The notes under the pieces are model-generated. The model searched no databases, had not been told where the DNA came from, and saw only the letters and a program-made list of their open reading frames with translations. Below, in pieces: positions 29,198 to 43,049 of a DNA stretch of 64,000 nucleotides. A program made the translations under genes and the position numbers. The stretch lies in assembly GCA_043228905.1 (NCBI GenBank), contig JBHGNT010000010.1, positions 21,452,001-21,516,000 on the forward strand, in the 5' to 3' direction. How positions within the stretch are numbered: position 1 is the stretch's first letter; every line of letters begins with the position of its first letter. Source of the stretch: Azolla caroliniana (lineage: Eukaryota > Plantae > Polypodiophyta).

Positions 29198-32100
29198 TTA
29201 CAACTTGGAAGGAGGACTCAGGATTTTCAGACCTGCAACATTCAGTCTCAAATTAAGACAACTCCTTTCAAAATTGACGAGAAAAAAAAAATGTAGTTTG
29301 GGATCTTATACCCAAATTTTTGGAATTGACTATGCTGGGGCAAGCAGCAGGTGGTTCCGAATTTTCATCCAAAAAGGGCAACACATTGTTTGCATCAAAC
29401 CAAACTGGGTAACCTTTGAGTTTCCCCTAATGTTGCAAAGCAATTTTGTTGTTTAAACAATATTTAACAAAATGTGTTCTTTAAAGAAAGAGGTAAGACA
29501 AACTCACGAGAACATTTAGAGCTGCAAGAGTCGCCATCCCTTCACGAGTCCACTGAATGCAACAGTAATGATTTAGTTTCTACACATTATGATATGAGAA
29601 ACATTATCCAGGCTGGTCTCTATATAAGCGTAAATATATGTATATCATGATTACAGCCAGACATATAAGGGAGAATTTAGGCATGGATAATAAAACATTT
29701 TTCCTTCACATAACCTTTGATGCAGAAGCTATATGTGGTACAACCACAGCATTAGGCAGCTCAGCTAGTCCAGGCTTCATAAAGGGTTCATCCTGAGAGC
29801 AATGCCATGTACATTAGCATTTAAGCATCATAACCCAAAGAATAATATCTGAAATTGTACAGTAAGGTATCAAGGTGGATAATAAAACCTCAAAAACATC
29901 AAGAGCAGCTCGGAATTGTGGGTTTGCCTTCAAGTGTTGAACCAAAGCCTCTTCATCAATGATTGGTCCTCTACTAGCATTCACCAATATAGCATTCTAT
30001 TTTTCCATAAAAGAATTGCAAAAGTACCTCATTAGAATTGAACCAACATTGTTCAAGCTTCTCAGTTAAAAGGCTCACCTCTTTCATCATTCCAAGCCGA
30101 GACGAGTTCATGAGATGATAAGTAGTTTTGTCCAGAACAGGGTGCAGACTAACCTGTTTCCAAATGTCATATTGATCAGATTTAAATTGAGGTAAAACAT
30201 GCAAAGAGAAGTCACTTCCATGCAATTAAGCATTCAGGACTAGCACCTAGAATTGAGAATGGAACTAGAAAATGACATTTCTGCTCTTCAAATTGCAATC
30301 TAACTTCAGCTTCTATGTACTACATTTTTATCATTCATTGCAAAATGGCAACATTAACTTTGTCATATAGCCTACCACATCAGACAACCTTAGCACTTCT
30401 TCAACCGTTTGAACCCTTTTCCAAGTCACCGGTATCTCCCCTTGAGATTTCAAGAAATCACCATAAGCTGTAAAACAACAGTCCATTGATATCGAAACAA
30501 TGATCAAGAACATGTTAATCTAAAACATTCAGTAATGATATGAACCTGTCACAAATTTCTCCAACCGAGTTGCCTGATAAAGGTCATAATAGACGACATT
30601 CATCTTAAATCCTTCAACCTGTAAGATTATTGTAGTATTGTTATCTGTCTCTCTCACTGGAGTCATCTCTCTTTAGAGTGTTATCATGGGCCACCAGTCA
30701 CCCTCAATTAGTCATCTTATCACGGAGCCTTTTGAAGTCATTATTTGTATCGTTTCATTAACTCTCTCTCTCCAGATTAAAAAATATGGCCTCAATTCGT
30801 TTCTATGTATTGGACGTGATCATACATATCTTGGATTCTCATTCTAGGGCTCTCAACTAGCATGTTAGCACATGAATCAGTTCCCTCCAATTGGCTGAGA
30901 TAGGGAAGGGTGATAAAAAACTATCAACACCAAAGACGGGCAAATAATTGTGAGTACACTAAGGTCATGCTCTCAACTTAGATCTATTTGATCTATCAGA
31001 TAAAAAAACGTATAGAAAGTCTTTACCATCATCCTGGCATAGGCAGATCCAATTCTTCCAGCCCCAATGATACCTACAGTCTGCCCTTTCAACAAGTTCC
31101 CAATGAATCTGCAGAAAATGAGCTTCAAGTGTTCACATTTTCATCCTCTGTAACTCATCAGTAGATGAAATATAACATGGGCATTGCATAAAAGTAGAAA
31201 CAGCATAAACCTACATACAATGTGGGAAGCCAGCCATCATATTTGCCTGCACGCATGAAAGCATCAGCCTCGACCACTCTTCGGGCCGCTGTGAGGGTTA
31301 AGGATGCTGCTAGCTCGGCTGTTGTTTCTGTAAGGACGCCCTAGATTTTGTTTAACTGTACACAGGTTAGAAAACTCAACAATAAAACCATCGAACAGAC
31401 ATGTTGTGAGAGTTTCTACACTATAGGAGAGTATATAGGATTGTAGCTCACTGGAGTGTTTCCAACAGCGATCCCATGATGCGTTGCCGCAGTCACATCC
31501 ACATTATTGAACCCAACGGCCATGTTGCTGAATGCATGACCCCCAGCTTTCTTGAGAGTGGCAAAAAGATCATCTCCCCAGTCTTCTGTAAGCTGAAATA
31601 GTTTTCCCACATGTGTAAGTCTATGAAAACAATGTTCTTAATTTATATGGAAATGTAGGAAACTTTTGCTTTACCTGACCAATAACACCATCACAGTGGT
31701 CACCAATCAACTTCTTGATATCTTCGACACTAAGAATAGTCTTTTTGGCTGTACATATCTGATAACAATTGACAGGCCGTCAATACCATATGGAACAGCT
31801 ATTCTTTTTGGGGATTCTTAATAGCAAGCCTTTCCATGCATACACATGCATTAATTAACGAGTAAAATCAAGAGCGGGATCCCATTCACATGCAACCATA
31901 CACCATCCATCATACAATCACATTGATCTCTGATCAATTTCTGGAGATATGCAAGCCAAAGGACAGTCCTTGCTGTGCAAATGTGATTGAATTTACCAGG
32001 TATCAGGTATGTGTTCATAGAGATGCATCCAGCAACAAATGCAATCAAAATGAGGCTAAAATCCAAAAGGGAACATTGGAAGATGGTGAATATATGCATA

Positions 32101-32622
32101 TAAATGCACCATGAAATGTGAGCAAGAAGAATCTGAGCTCCATATAAATACCTGTATAAGTGACCAACTGTGCATACAAAAGAAAAAACTAAACTCCATC
32201 CAGTAGCCTATATATTGCGACCAAATAGTATCCATCTAGAAGAATATATATATATATATATATGCTGTAATGAATACAATCAAGAAGAACCTAAATTCCA
32301 TCTAGAATCCCATAGATTTCAAACACATACGATCCGACCTAAATGCTATACATGGCAACTATGCATTGTTCCATGAGACTGAAGAATGGCAATAGTATAT
32401 ACCTTAGACCAATGCAAATGGATGTGTATGCCTGTGACGCAATCCGTAGTGTGTGCGCGTGTGGATTGAAGTCCATGGAAAAAGGTAAAAGCTTACCTCA
32501 ACACGGAATCCGGCATCGACAAGAAGCTTGATCCAGCGAGACCCAGGCATAGGCTTAGTACTGATTACTCTAACTCGGCCGCGAGGGTTGTGAACTTCGA
32601 CAGGAAGGTGTGAAGAAGCCAT
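29198..32622 (-). CDS. HPR1: Peroxisomal hydroxypyruvate reductase (glycerate dehydrogenase), 13 exons, C-terminal PTS1 SKL
   Basis: RVISTKPMPGSRWI, QLTEDWG, AFSNMAVGFNNVDV, GQTVGIIGAGRIGSAYARMM, SLHPVLDKTTYHL, LVNASRGP, VPHIASAS. The last exon is GLKILSPPSKL*. Confidence 0.95.
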
Positions 32623-32882
32623 GGCGATGGGAGGTCGGACCGAGAAGAGACAGGGAGCTTCTGTGCGGAGAATGGTGAGGAGGCTCGCACCTCGAAATTA
32701 AGTATTCTCTCTCTCTCTCGGGATAGATAGGGTATTCTTTCTGGACCTCAAATTCGAATGTGTTTTTTGTTTTTATCATATCCTCACGAGGGAGGAGTTT
32801 TAGAACAATTGTGTGTGTGTGTGTGCAATCAATCAAGCCAAGCATCATGAATTTCTATGTTGCAAGGAAAGTGTTCGATATA

Positions 32883-33028
32883 TGGCCTAGAAGCCTTGGA
32901 TCAAATGGCCAATTAGGATTAGGTCTTCCTCATTCAACGTTTGGCCTAGAAACATTGGATCTAATGGATAAATTAGGATAAAAGGAAATTGGCCTAGAAA
33001 CCTTGGATCTAATGACAAATTAGGATCA
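32883..33028. repeat. Three ~38-bp direct repeats (TGGCCTAGAA.CCTTGGATC.AATG...AATTAGGAT) upstream of HPR1
   Basis: Copies at 32883, 32942 and 32990, separated by short spacers. Confidence 0.75.
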
Positions 33029-34245
33029 AGTTTTCCTGATGCAATGTTTGCTAAGTTCACAGAGGTTTCCATGATCGAGCTAAATATGGTGTGCTAAGGT
33101 GGAGCTTTGGTCGCTACTCTTTATTTGTAGCCAAACTCGTGGGCTAGAATATTAAAGGTAGTCTTTCAATGGGGACGAAGAATATTTTGGGGACTTTACT
33201 AATATTTTAGTTCTAGAAACATCACGAGAATCCTCACTCCCCCAATCTTGTGTTTGTAAAAAAAACAAAATTAGACACCATGCATGAATATTTATAGAGA
33301 ATCCTTGGTTTGGCTTATGCAACATGAAACTTTTATGTTAAATCAAAAGGTTAGAACCACTGCAAAACTAACGTAACGTTGTGCCCAAGGCGTATTATTA
33401 AAATACTATTTGACAAGTGACCTCCTAAACCCTCAAAAGTAGCGAACATTCCTAAATCTAACATTAGGTCGTACCCAATGCTTCTTATTATGATAATCTT
33501 TTCCAAGAGATTGAAGTTCTCACATTGCTCATATAAATATACAAAAGATCTTAATGTGTACTTCCATGCTACGATCAAACATAATCAAGATGCTTTAGAT
33601 TCATATATGAGAAGGATGTGAAATATAGCTTGACACCCCTCTAAATCAATCACATGTAACCAGGCCTCTAGATGTCATCACATAACATCATTACCTTACT
33701 TTGATTATCAAATGTTGGAACATATCATTTAAACTCATCTGAATATAATACCTCAGTATTGAGCCACCCAAAGTTCAACAAAAGAGACTGTCCTACCATA
33801 TCCCACTCAATGGCTAAAAACTCCTTTATAGTGGACTTGTATGTGACAGAATTGTGTTGTCAAGATTTATATTAAGACTTCATTGCAACACTAGAATATC
33901 CTATATACAATTTAATAATGTGATACTTCATCTCTCAATATTGCTAAGGTGACCAGAAGAGGTCAAGAACAGTTTGCACAATGATGACACCACTTCCAAT
34001 TGCTAAACCTTTGGTCATCACAAACCAATATGCAATAGAGCTATGTAGAGAGTTATATATTTAATCCTATATATCATTCCATTCCTGTGATATACATACC
34101 ATCTCAATTTGGCCAAAAAGTTTGTACAATGATTTGGCTTCAGTATTGAGTTATGTACTCAAGTGATACAATTGTACAGCTCTGTTACATATACTGAACC
34201 CATGGTGTCAACCAAGGTTTGACAAGAGACTTTCGAAAGTCTCAC

Positions 34246-36485
34246 TCAAAACAACACCCGTTTGTTTAGGTTGCTTGGAATACAAGAGATCCAGAGCAAG
34301 GGAAGAAGTGCTGCCAATGATTGGATCAGAATACCCAATGGCAAACCCACAAAGCTATCTACCGATAGATTCAAGAAGGAAGCCAGCATGGTTCCTGTAT
34401 ATCCACTCACAATGAGAGCCAAACAATGGCATGACATGAAGAAAGCAAGCAACGATGCTTCACTTCCCGGAGGACAAAGTTGTGATAGCATGATTGAGAA
34501 TGGCAAAACTTTGAATTGCGCAATGGCTTCCACAAATGCAGAAGCCCCCAATATGTAAAATCGATCTGGAATCCCAGCCTTTATGTTCAATCGGCACACT
34601 AAAAAGATATCCGACATCATACAAATTGCTGATAAGATTTGCAAAACCATTATAACCTTCCGAGGGGAAGATTTCTTGAAGTACAGATTATATAAGATGC
34701 TTCCAGCAAACAAACCCATTTGCCCCATTACTTTTGCAAGACCCAAGAAAGTGGGAGGAATCTTGAGGTGTTGCGTTTGATAGAAAAACAAGCTCCCTCC
34801 CAATGTGGGTACCATTGCATATGATAACACAAACCATGTAAGAGGACTCGAAATCTGAGGATTAGTCACCAATTGCATAAGTTTTATGCCTTGGGTTTTC
34901 ACCATTGAAAGAGATTCATCCTTACACATTCTCTTTGTTTTCTTCCTTTGGAGCTCAGAATTGAATGAACTTTCCTTAACGAACATACAAACAACCACTT
35001 GACTAGCCACCACGATAGAGAAGATGCCGAACATTACAGTTGACCTCAGCTTTGACAAGGCCATGCCTGCAGTCAAGTTTCCTGTAATTCCTCCAAATGC
35101 TAAAGCTATCCAAAAGAAGGATTGAAGCTCTCCCTTTGCGTTTCCTCTCTCTTTACTAATAGCCTTAGCAACTAATGCGTCATTTACGACCTCTGCTATT
35201 GCGGCCCCAGTATTGCTTAACAGGAGCAAGCCCATCAATGGAATAATGGAATAACGCATTCCTGAATGGAGAGCGATTGTTGACCAAGAAACTACTTGTA
35301 TCAAACCTGGGTATTTATATGACACAATTCGCAAAGAACTGATCAATAATTGAGATACAAATGTAAGTTTCAATATGAAATCACTGATTGAACCGACCAT
35401 GACTTTCACCTCAACAAATAAACCAATACTGATTCACCTTTCACTAACTGAATAAATTATTATTCTCCTATGCTAAAAATGTGGAGCGACCATATACATA
35501 TACAAACCGAAGGTTTAACAAGTGGAAAAAATGATTGAAATATACCTGCAATCATCAAATAGGGCAATTTCCGTGGATTTCCAGCATCTGATATGATGCC
35601 AAAAACAGGTTTAATAACCATGGGCAAATTCACTGTAGATTGCAAAAATTGCAACGTAGCTGGGTTGACACAAAACCCATCTTTAAAGTGAAAAGACATG
35701 GCCAACCATGGGAAGCATCGGAATCCTTGAATAAAATAACCTAGTCCTAAAAGCCAAAGAAATGAAGAACCATACTTATGACTCATATCATCAATCCATA
35801 CCATAAAATATTTCAACGAGAAGATGCGAAAAAATAAGTGTATATGACGATTTTGATCTTCCAAGTCCAATATTCGAGCAATCGAAAACCCTGAGAAGAT
35901 GAGAGCTTCTTTTGCTCTTGATGTTAGCAGAACTCTGATTTTGTTAGTTCTCGTACAAGAGAACATATCCATGGTCTCTAGATTATAGAGCATGTTTTTC
36001 CTTGCTGATAACCTGTTGAGTTGAGATCTACAATAATATAGCAGAAATCTCCACCATTGCATGTTTTTCCCCATTATATAATTCTGGCAGAGGAACTGCG
36101 AAAATGGATCCAAACTTGTCTCAACCTGAGGCAAAAAACAAGAATCTGATGGAGGAACGTCATCAGAAGGAGGAGGAGGAGGAGAAGAAGAAAATGACCC
36201 ACTGTCTACGAAACCACTTTGGATAAAACCACTCCGGAATCTATCCCAGCGGTGGAAAGTTTGTGCATCAGAAAACCCGCCCATGTCTGAAGAAGAAGGA
36301 GGAGGAGGAGGAGGTATGGAACATGGGCAGAAACAGAAGCTCTTTGCAGATAAATTACGTTTACTAAAGAGCTCCAGAAAGCATGGTCGCTTGCCACCAA
36401 CATAGGCATGGCGAAGAGCCGAGAGCTGTGAAGAAGGTGCGGAAGAGAAGCGATGAAATCTTGAGAGGGGTGGTGTGAGGTCCAT
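34246..36485 (-). CDS. BT1-family folate/biopterin transporter (MFS), probably plastid-targeted, 2 exons (36485-35546, 35306-34246)
   Basis: LGLGYFIQGFRCFPWLA, NLPMVIKPVFGIISDA, SNTGAAIAEVVNDALVA, GELQS, FKVLPF..MLSQLCPPGSEASLLAFFMS. The N-terminus is Ser/Arg/Pro-rich. The first ATG is at 36485 (the ORF track starts at a TTG). Confidence 0.88.
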
Positions 36486-36895
36486 TAGGGAAGAGCATTG
36501 CAGAGCCACCAAAGTGAGAAAGGCTTACACCTTCTTCTTCTTCTTCTTCTTCTTCTTCTTCTTCTTCTTCTTCTTCACCTTGGATGGATGGACATGATGG
36601 CCATACTTATGGTTATTCAACTTATAACTTATAATACTCGAGGTCTCTCAAATAGAACTAAAAGTGGGATTGGGTCCCACACAGAATCCAAATGTCTACT
36701 CTCTCTTTTTCAAAACATTATTCATTCATGAGTCTTTTCTTGGGGTGGGGGGGATTTTATTGGAATGTTTTTTTTTCCCCGAGCCGAGCCCAAAGCGATG
36801 ATGATATGTGTGTATCAATCATTGGTTCCCTAGTCCCTCATGATTGGGAAACTTCTTCGTTAGTTCTCACATGAAACTAGCAGAACATGCCTGTG

Positions 36896-36942
<47 letters not shown>

Positions 36943-39288
36943 ATGTGCATGCCTGTATCATGTTTGCATATATCCGAATGTTGAGTCATGTGTGCATTCG
37001 TGCATTCGGAGTGTTAATGCTCAATTGGATTCCTTTGGCGTCATCAAACATGCTTGTGGAAAACTACATATGCATATGTGTGTGTATGCATGCATGTATG
37101 CATATAGTTGAACGTCGGGTCAAGTGCATTCACGCATTCGAAGTATCAATGCTCAATTTGATTCCTTCGGCATCATCAAGTGCCCATTGTTACTCCTATT
37201 TAGAAAACCTTTCCCATTGCCTGTCGATCGAGGGAACTACACGAACACACTAGATATAACTACATATATTGTCATTTCTATTTCTATTCGAACCTCGAGC
37301 CACATATGCATTCATGCGTTGGACATGTGAAGGTTCAATTAGTTTTTCAATCAATGTCATCAAGTGTCCTTGGATGTGCCGAAAGTATGGGTATGTATAT
37401 GTGTCACCAAATCATCAATACCAATAGTGTTCTAGAATTTTTCTTTTCCTAAGTAACCTCCCATTTGATTTCGGGACTATTGTATGGATTTGATTTTGGT
37501 GTGCCAAACGTAGGAACTAAGGGTTGCATGTTAGTGATCTCAAGTCACAAACAAATAAGAGTTTAGAAATTTTGATGAAGAGGCGTATATAATAATTTAT
37601 CTCCCTCGTTCTCGCCACGACAATTACTCAAGTGTCATAAGAGAGTGAGGGAGGTCGGTTCTCGTCATCAAACCAAGGTTTCCTTGAATCATGATTCCTC
37701 AAACCAAGGTTTCCTCTAACTACGTCCAACATGAGCTTACACCCCTTACCACATATTTTCTTTGAGGGCATGGCTATCTGACATTGACTAGTAGCCTCAT
37801 TGGTGGATCTTGCAAACCTCATGACTTCACTTACCTAACAACCCTACAGAATCTCATCCATCAAGAATATCACATAAAAACTTGGACAATACTTCACAAG
37901 TTAATATATATCACACCACATGACCCAAAGACCACGTTGGGTCACAACCTCCAGACAATAGCAAAGTAGCCCCGTTTTGTTTCCTATGAGCACTTGGCTA
38001 GGTGCCTTGATATTTATGTGTCACACCAATGCCCTCCTCAACACTGAGTGATATCTTAATTGGCCTTACCCGCTATCTTTTCCGTGTTTGCAACACCAAT
38101 CCAATTGAAGACTTTGCACTTTTTCTACAAAGTTCTTCACCCCTCCTTCCTCATTATATCCTTAAAAGTAGTTGACAAGTTATGAACAAAACCTCCACAA
38201 CATGTTTCCTATTGATTATTGACCCTCTACATAATGTGTTTCAACATAACAAGAGTGAGTTGTTGATTTTGTTTGGTTCAATGTATCAAAACTTGAAGAG
38301 ATTTTAAGTCTAAAACTTCAAAGGTATAATTGAGCCTCATGAATGTACTAATATTCTTTGTCCTTGGACTAGATCAAATCGAGAAGAGAATACGATTATT
38401 GCCCTTAACTACCAATTAGTCCTAATCAATAGGTATGGTTATACTAAACGATATGAAAAACAAATTATGGAAATGATAAACTACCTATGATTAATTGATG
38501 AGAGAAAATTTAACAATTAACAAATGTCAACACTAAGGTTTACTAATCGTGATTCTCTAATGAAAATCTTGAAGAAAATTGAAAATTTTAAACAACTAAA
38601 AAATGAAAATCATGACGAGTATAGTTGGCATGTAAACTTATGAAAAACTCAATACTAGCTTCAAGTAATGGTTTTGATCCTAGACAACAATGCCAAATAT
38701 GCAATGTCATTCAATATCCTTACTAAAGGTTACTATTCTGCTTGAGAACCACCTCAAGATTGATCTATGATAACGTATCACTATTACCCCTTTAATGTTG
38801 GTGAGAGCAGCAAGAGTGACTCTACACCCTTGAGCTACTTACGCTAGACCAATGAATAAAGCTAATTGTAAACTCGTTCTACCATTTAATCACTTGCACA
38901 AGATTAATTAAACACTTAACACATGTGAGACGTTACAACTAAAGCATTGAATGGAAGAGAGATGTGAGAAAATTCACCTCCATTAATCCCTATTTAATTA
39001 TTAATATAATTACAAGTTATTATAAAAGCAAATATTAGACTATTAACTTATTTCCCAGGCCTTATCACACTATGGAACTTGGCCATGCCCAGCTTGACTT
39101 TTTTCTAAGGGGGAAACGACGAATCAACCGCGATGAAGAGAGATAAAAAGAGGCTTAAGCTTTAGTAATATGGAGATATGTTAAAAGAGATAGAAGTCCA
39201 AATAAAAGGTTTATAAATTCCCCTTAGTAGTTATTTGTAATTTAGCTAGATTGCAATTATGCATTGCCTTTGCATCCCATTACAATGG

Positions 39289-39329
<41 letters not shown>

Positions 39330-39404
39330 TTAGCTTACCCTACTAGTAAGTTGTTACACTACGAGCGCTACGTTGTGGGTTCAAAACCTAATTTTCTCAC
39401 CTCT

Positions 39405-41372
39405 CTATAAATACTTCTTACATATTTCTTAATTCACAAAATGCCATTGTGGGGGTTGAACCCATGCCCTCCCAATCTCCATTGGGCAACCTTACCACCT
39501 AAGCTACATCTCTCTACATAAATACTTCTTACATATTTCTAAAGTCACAAAAGGCAACTGTAAGGGTTGAACCCCATTGTGGAATGTAGGGGTTGAACCA
39601 ATGCCCTCCCAATCTCCATTGGGCAATCTTAGCAACCGAGCTACATCTCCATGTCTCTCTTTATATATATAATTCTTACATATTTCTGAACCGACTCCTT
39701 GTTGTTTTTGCAACCATAGGAACTGCCATGAATGCAGGAGACTGCCCTAGGTATAAAGCACCGAGGAAAAGAAACAGATTGGATAAGACATGCCCATAGT
39801 CATAAACAGCTTAGAAAGATTATAGACCGAATTGCACGAGGACATCGCAACTCTTTAAAATAACAACGAAGAGTTGTTCCCGCAGGTGCTCCTCAATCTG
39901 TCGTAGAATACACTACCCGATCTTTCGGGTGGCCTAGAAATCCTGAAAGATCTAGAAGTCTCTTCGGTTGTGGAACTGATTATTGGATTTTAGGATTTCT
40001 TCATTCCGATTGTATTTGCAATAGGATTCATCTCCCTTACATTGATTGTATTTGCAATATATAATTCTTACATATTTCTTAATTCACTAAATGCAACTGT
40101 AGGGGTTGAACCCATGACCTCCCAATCTCCTCTGGGCAACCTTACCAATTGAGCTACATCTCCATCTCTCTCTTTGTATATACTTCTTAATTCACTAAAT
40201 GTCATCGTGGACCTCCCAATCTCCATTGGGCAACTAAGCTACATCTCCATCTCTCTCTTACTCTCTACTTCTTAGAGTCTCCATTGGGCAACCTTACCAA
40301 TTGAGCTACATCTCTCTCTCTCTTTCTTGTTACTTCTTACCTATTTCTTAATTCACTAAATGCCATCGTGGACCTCCCAGTCTCCATTGGGCAACCTTAC
40401 CAACTGAGCTACATCTCTCTCTCTCTCTTGTTACTTCTTACATATTTCTTACCAACTGAGCTACATCTCTCTCTCTCTTTCTTGTTACTTCTTACCTATT
40501 TCTTAATTCACTAAATGCCATTGTAGACCTCCCAGTCTCCATTGGGCAACCTTACCAACTGAGCTACATCTCTCTCTCTCTTTCTTGTTACTTCTTACAT
40601 ATTTCTTAATTCACTAAATGCCATCGTGGACCTCCCAGTCTCCATTGGACAACCTTACCAACTGAGCTACATCTCTCTCTCTCTCTCTCTTGTTACTTCT
40701 TACATATTTCTTAATTCACTAAATGCCACTGTGGAATGTAGGGGTTGAACCCATGAGCTCCTAGTCTCCATTGGGCAACCTTACCAAGTGAGCTACATCT
40801 CTCTCTCTCTCTTGTTACTTCTTACATATTTCTTAATTCACTAAATGCCATCGTGGACCTCCCAGTCTCCATTGGGCAACCTTACCAACTGAGCTACATC
40901 TCTCTCTCTCTCTCTCTCTCTCTTGTTACTTCTTACATATTTCTTAATTCACTAAATGCCACTGTGGAATGTAGGGGTTGAACCCATGACCTCCCAGTCT
41001 CCATTGGGCAACCTTACCAAGTGAGCTACATCTCTCTCTCTTTTTTAATACTTGTTACATATTCTTATTTCACTAAATGCCACCGTGGAATGTAGGGGTT
41101 GAACCCATAACCTCCCAGTCTCCATTGGGCAACCTTACCAAGTGAGCTACATCACCCTTACTTTGAAAAAATTAGAGTGCTCAAAGCAAGCATATGCTCT
41201 AAATACATTAACATGTAATAACGTGATAGGACTCTGGTCCTATTGTGTTAGTCTTCTCACTCTCGATACTTCTTGCATATTTCTTAATTCACTAAATGCC
41301 AATGTGAACTGAAGGGTTTGAACCCATGACCTCCTAGTCTCCGTTGGGAGACCTTACCAACTGAGCTACATC
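39405..41372 (-). repeat. Tandem array of ~14-15 tRNA-derived (SINE-like) units separated by (GA)n
   Basis: Minus-strand unit GATGTAGCTCAGTTGGTAAGG...GGTCATGGGTTCAACCCCTACATTCCACA plus an AT-rich tail, carrying Pol III A-box- and B-box-like motifs. Confidence 0.85.
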
Positions 41373-41679
41373 CATCTAATCTCTTTCTCTCTCTCTCTCT
41401 CTCTTCAACATAACTCTAGTCTCTCTCTTCAACATACCTCCAAACTATAACATCAAATGCGAGGTGTTTAGTGGATGCCTAATAGCTCCAATAGATCTAT
41501 GATTCCCCATGTTTTAAATGATATCATAATTTCAAGCATATGCCATTGAAACAAACACCGTGGTTTCTCTCTCGAGAATGTGAAACAACCATCTCAAAAG
41601 ATTGATGAACAATTTTCAAAATTAGAACAATAGACAATGAGCATGAAGAATCTAGTGGGATATAAAAATAACCACCTCG

Positions 41680-41885
41680 TGTCAAATACGGTAATATAAT
41701 GGACGTATTCACATTACCGCATTGGAAAAACTAGGTTTGGCTATTCTTGTAAATATCATAAAGGGCAGTTGCCCTAGTTTGGTTAATATATAACCAACTT
41801 TGTAATGGTTACCACTTCGTAAGATGATGCCGCCATTCTTGTTGTAACAGTTATTGAATAATACATCTGAGCATTGTTTGTGTGC

Positions 41886-41937
<52 letters not shown>

Positions 41938-42058
41938 TTCGTGATTCTTGAGTTGTCTCTATCCTTCTGTTCTATTGTTCTATATTGATCACCTTGTTGT
42001 CTTAATTCATACACAGTGTCGTGTTGTATACCCTCATCTTGACGACCTATTTCCAACA
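41680..42058 (+). mobile_element. Solo LTR related to the Copia LTR at 56085
   Basis: TGTC.AATAC....TATAATGGACGTATTCAC, CATAAAGGG.AGTTGCCCTA, a CT microsatellite and TGACGAC...CAACA are shared with the Copia LTR. Flanks CCTCG/CCCCA are a plausible decayed TSD. Confidence 0.8.
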
Positions 42059-43049
42059 CCCCAAAAGCTCCACAACTAATTGATCCTCTTGTCCACTAGG
42101 ACAATGTTGGATACATGTCTTCATAGAAAGATGGGAACACTTTGGTGCAAATTGAGGAAAGAAGAAAGAAAACTATTTATGTGAAGACTCTAGGGGTGCT
42201 ATTGGTCAAGAGAGCAATACAAAATTTCAATAGAAGACTAAGGCTATTATGAGAGGAGGTGAATTGATACATGTATTTTTGTTTTCTAGATTTCTCGTGG
42301 AATGTATATACCAAGTTTATTTATTTATTTATTTATATACCAATATAGGAATCGTAACACAAAATGTTGCATTGATCTTTATTGTTTTTACTCTTTAAAA
42401 AAATGTAAAGTGTAAAGTGTACATATGGTAAAGGGCTACTAAACTTGTAAGGAGAATGTTCCGTCATTGAATTTTAAAAAGGTTCTTACTCTCATCGTTT
42501 CTCTTTGTCTTTTACTTGATTATATTGTTGTGTTTTACTCACGCTACGAGTTAACCCTTGACTACGAAAATGGGCTCTTAACTAAGACATATAAGGGGTT
42601 ACAATAGTTTGGGCAATAATATTTTGTTGTGCATGTAGGCCCCAACCTCATGACCACAATATAACACCCTTGTCATTGACAAATATAGGACGTTATCTCC
42701 TTGTCGTGGCATGTGCTTTCATCGCTTAGGAGACCTCTTCATTTTGGATCGACCTATGGTAGGAATCTTTTGAAGACAAAATTTACATCAGTATATCTAT
42801 AATCTATCTAGAGAATCTTACAAGTACCGATAACAATATTCTTTTGTCACTTTTATTGACTTAACACCATTTATTTTGGTATTCTCAAAGACAGACAAGA
42901 ATTAAGGTGTAATTTCTTGTTTGGTATTATAAGCCATATTTCTTTCTTTCTTTCTTACCTTATATTTTCTTATACCTTTCTTTTATGGTGTTACATATTT
43001 GTGGCTTTTCCAAGTTACAATACCTTTGAACAATATATTTGTAGACCCT

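Noticed and set aside
39405-41372. CRISPR-like repeat/spacer array, or a cluster of functional tRNA genes
   Set aside because: The spacers are GA microsatellites rather than unique sequences, there are no cas genes, and the DNA is eukaryotic. The units lack a canonical 7-nt anticodon loop and many lack the T arm.
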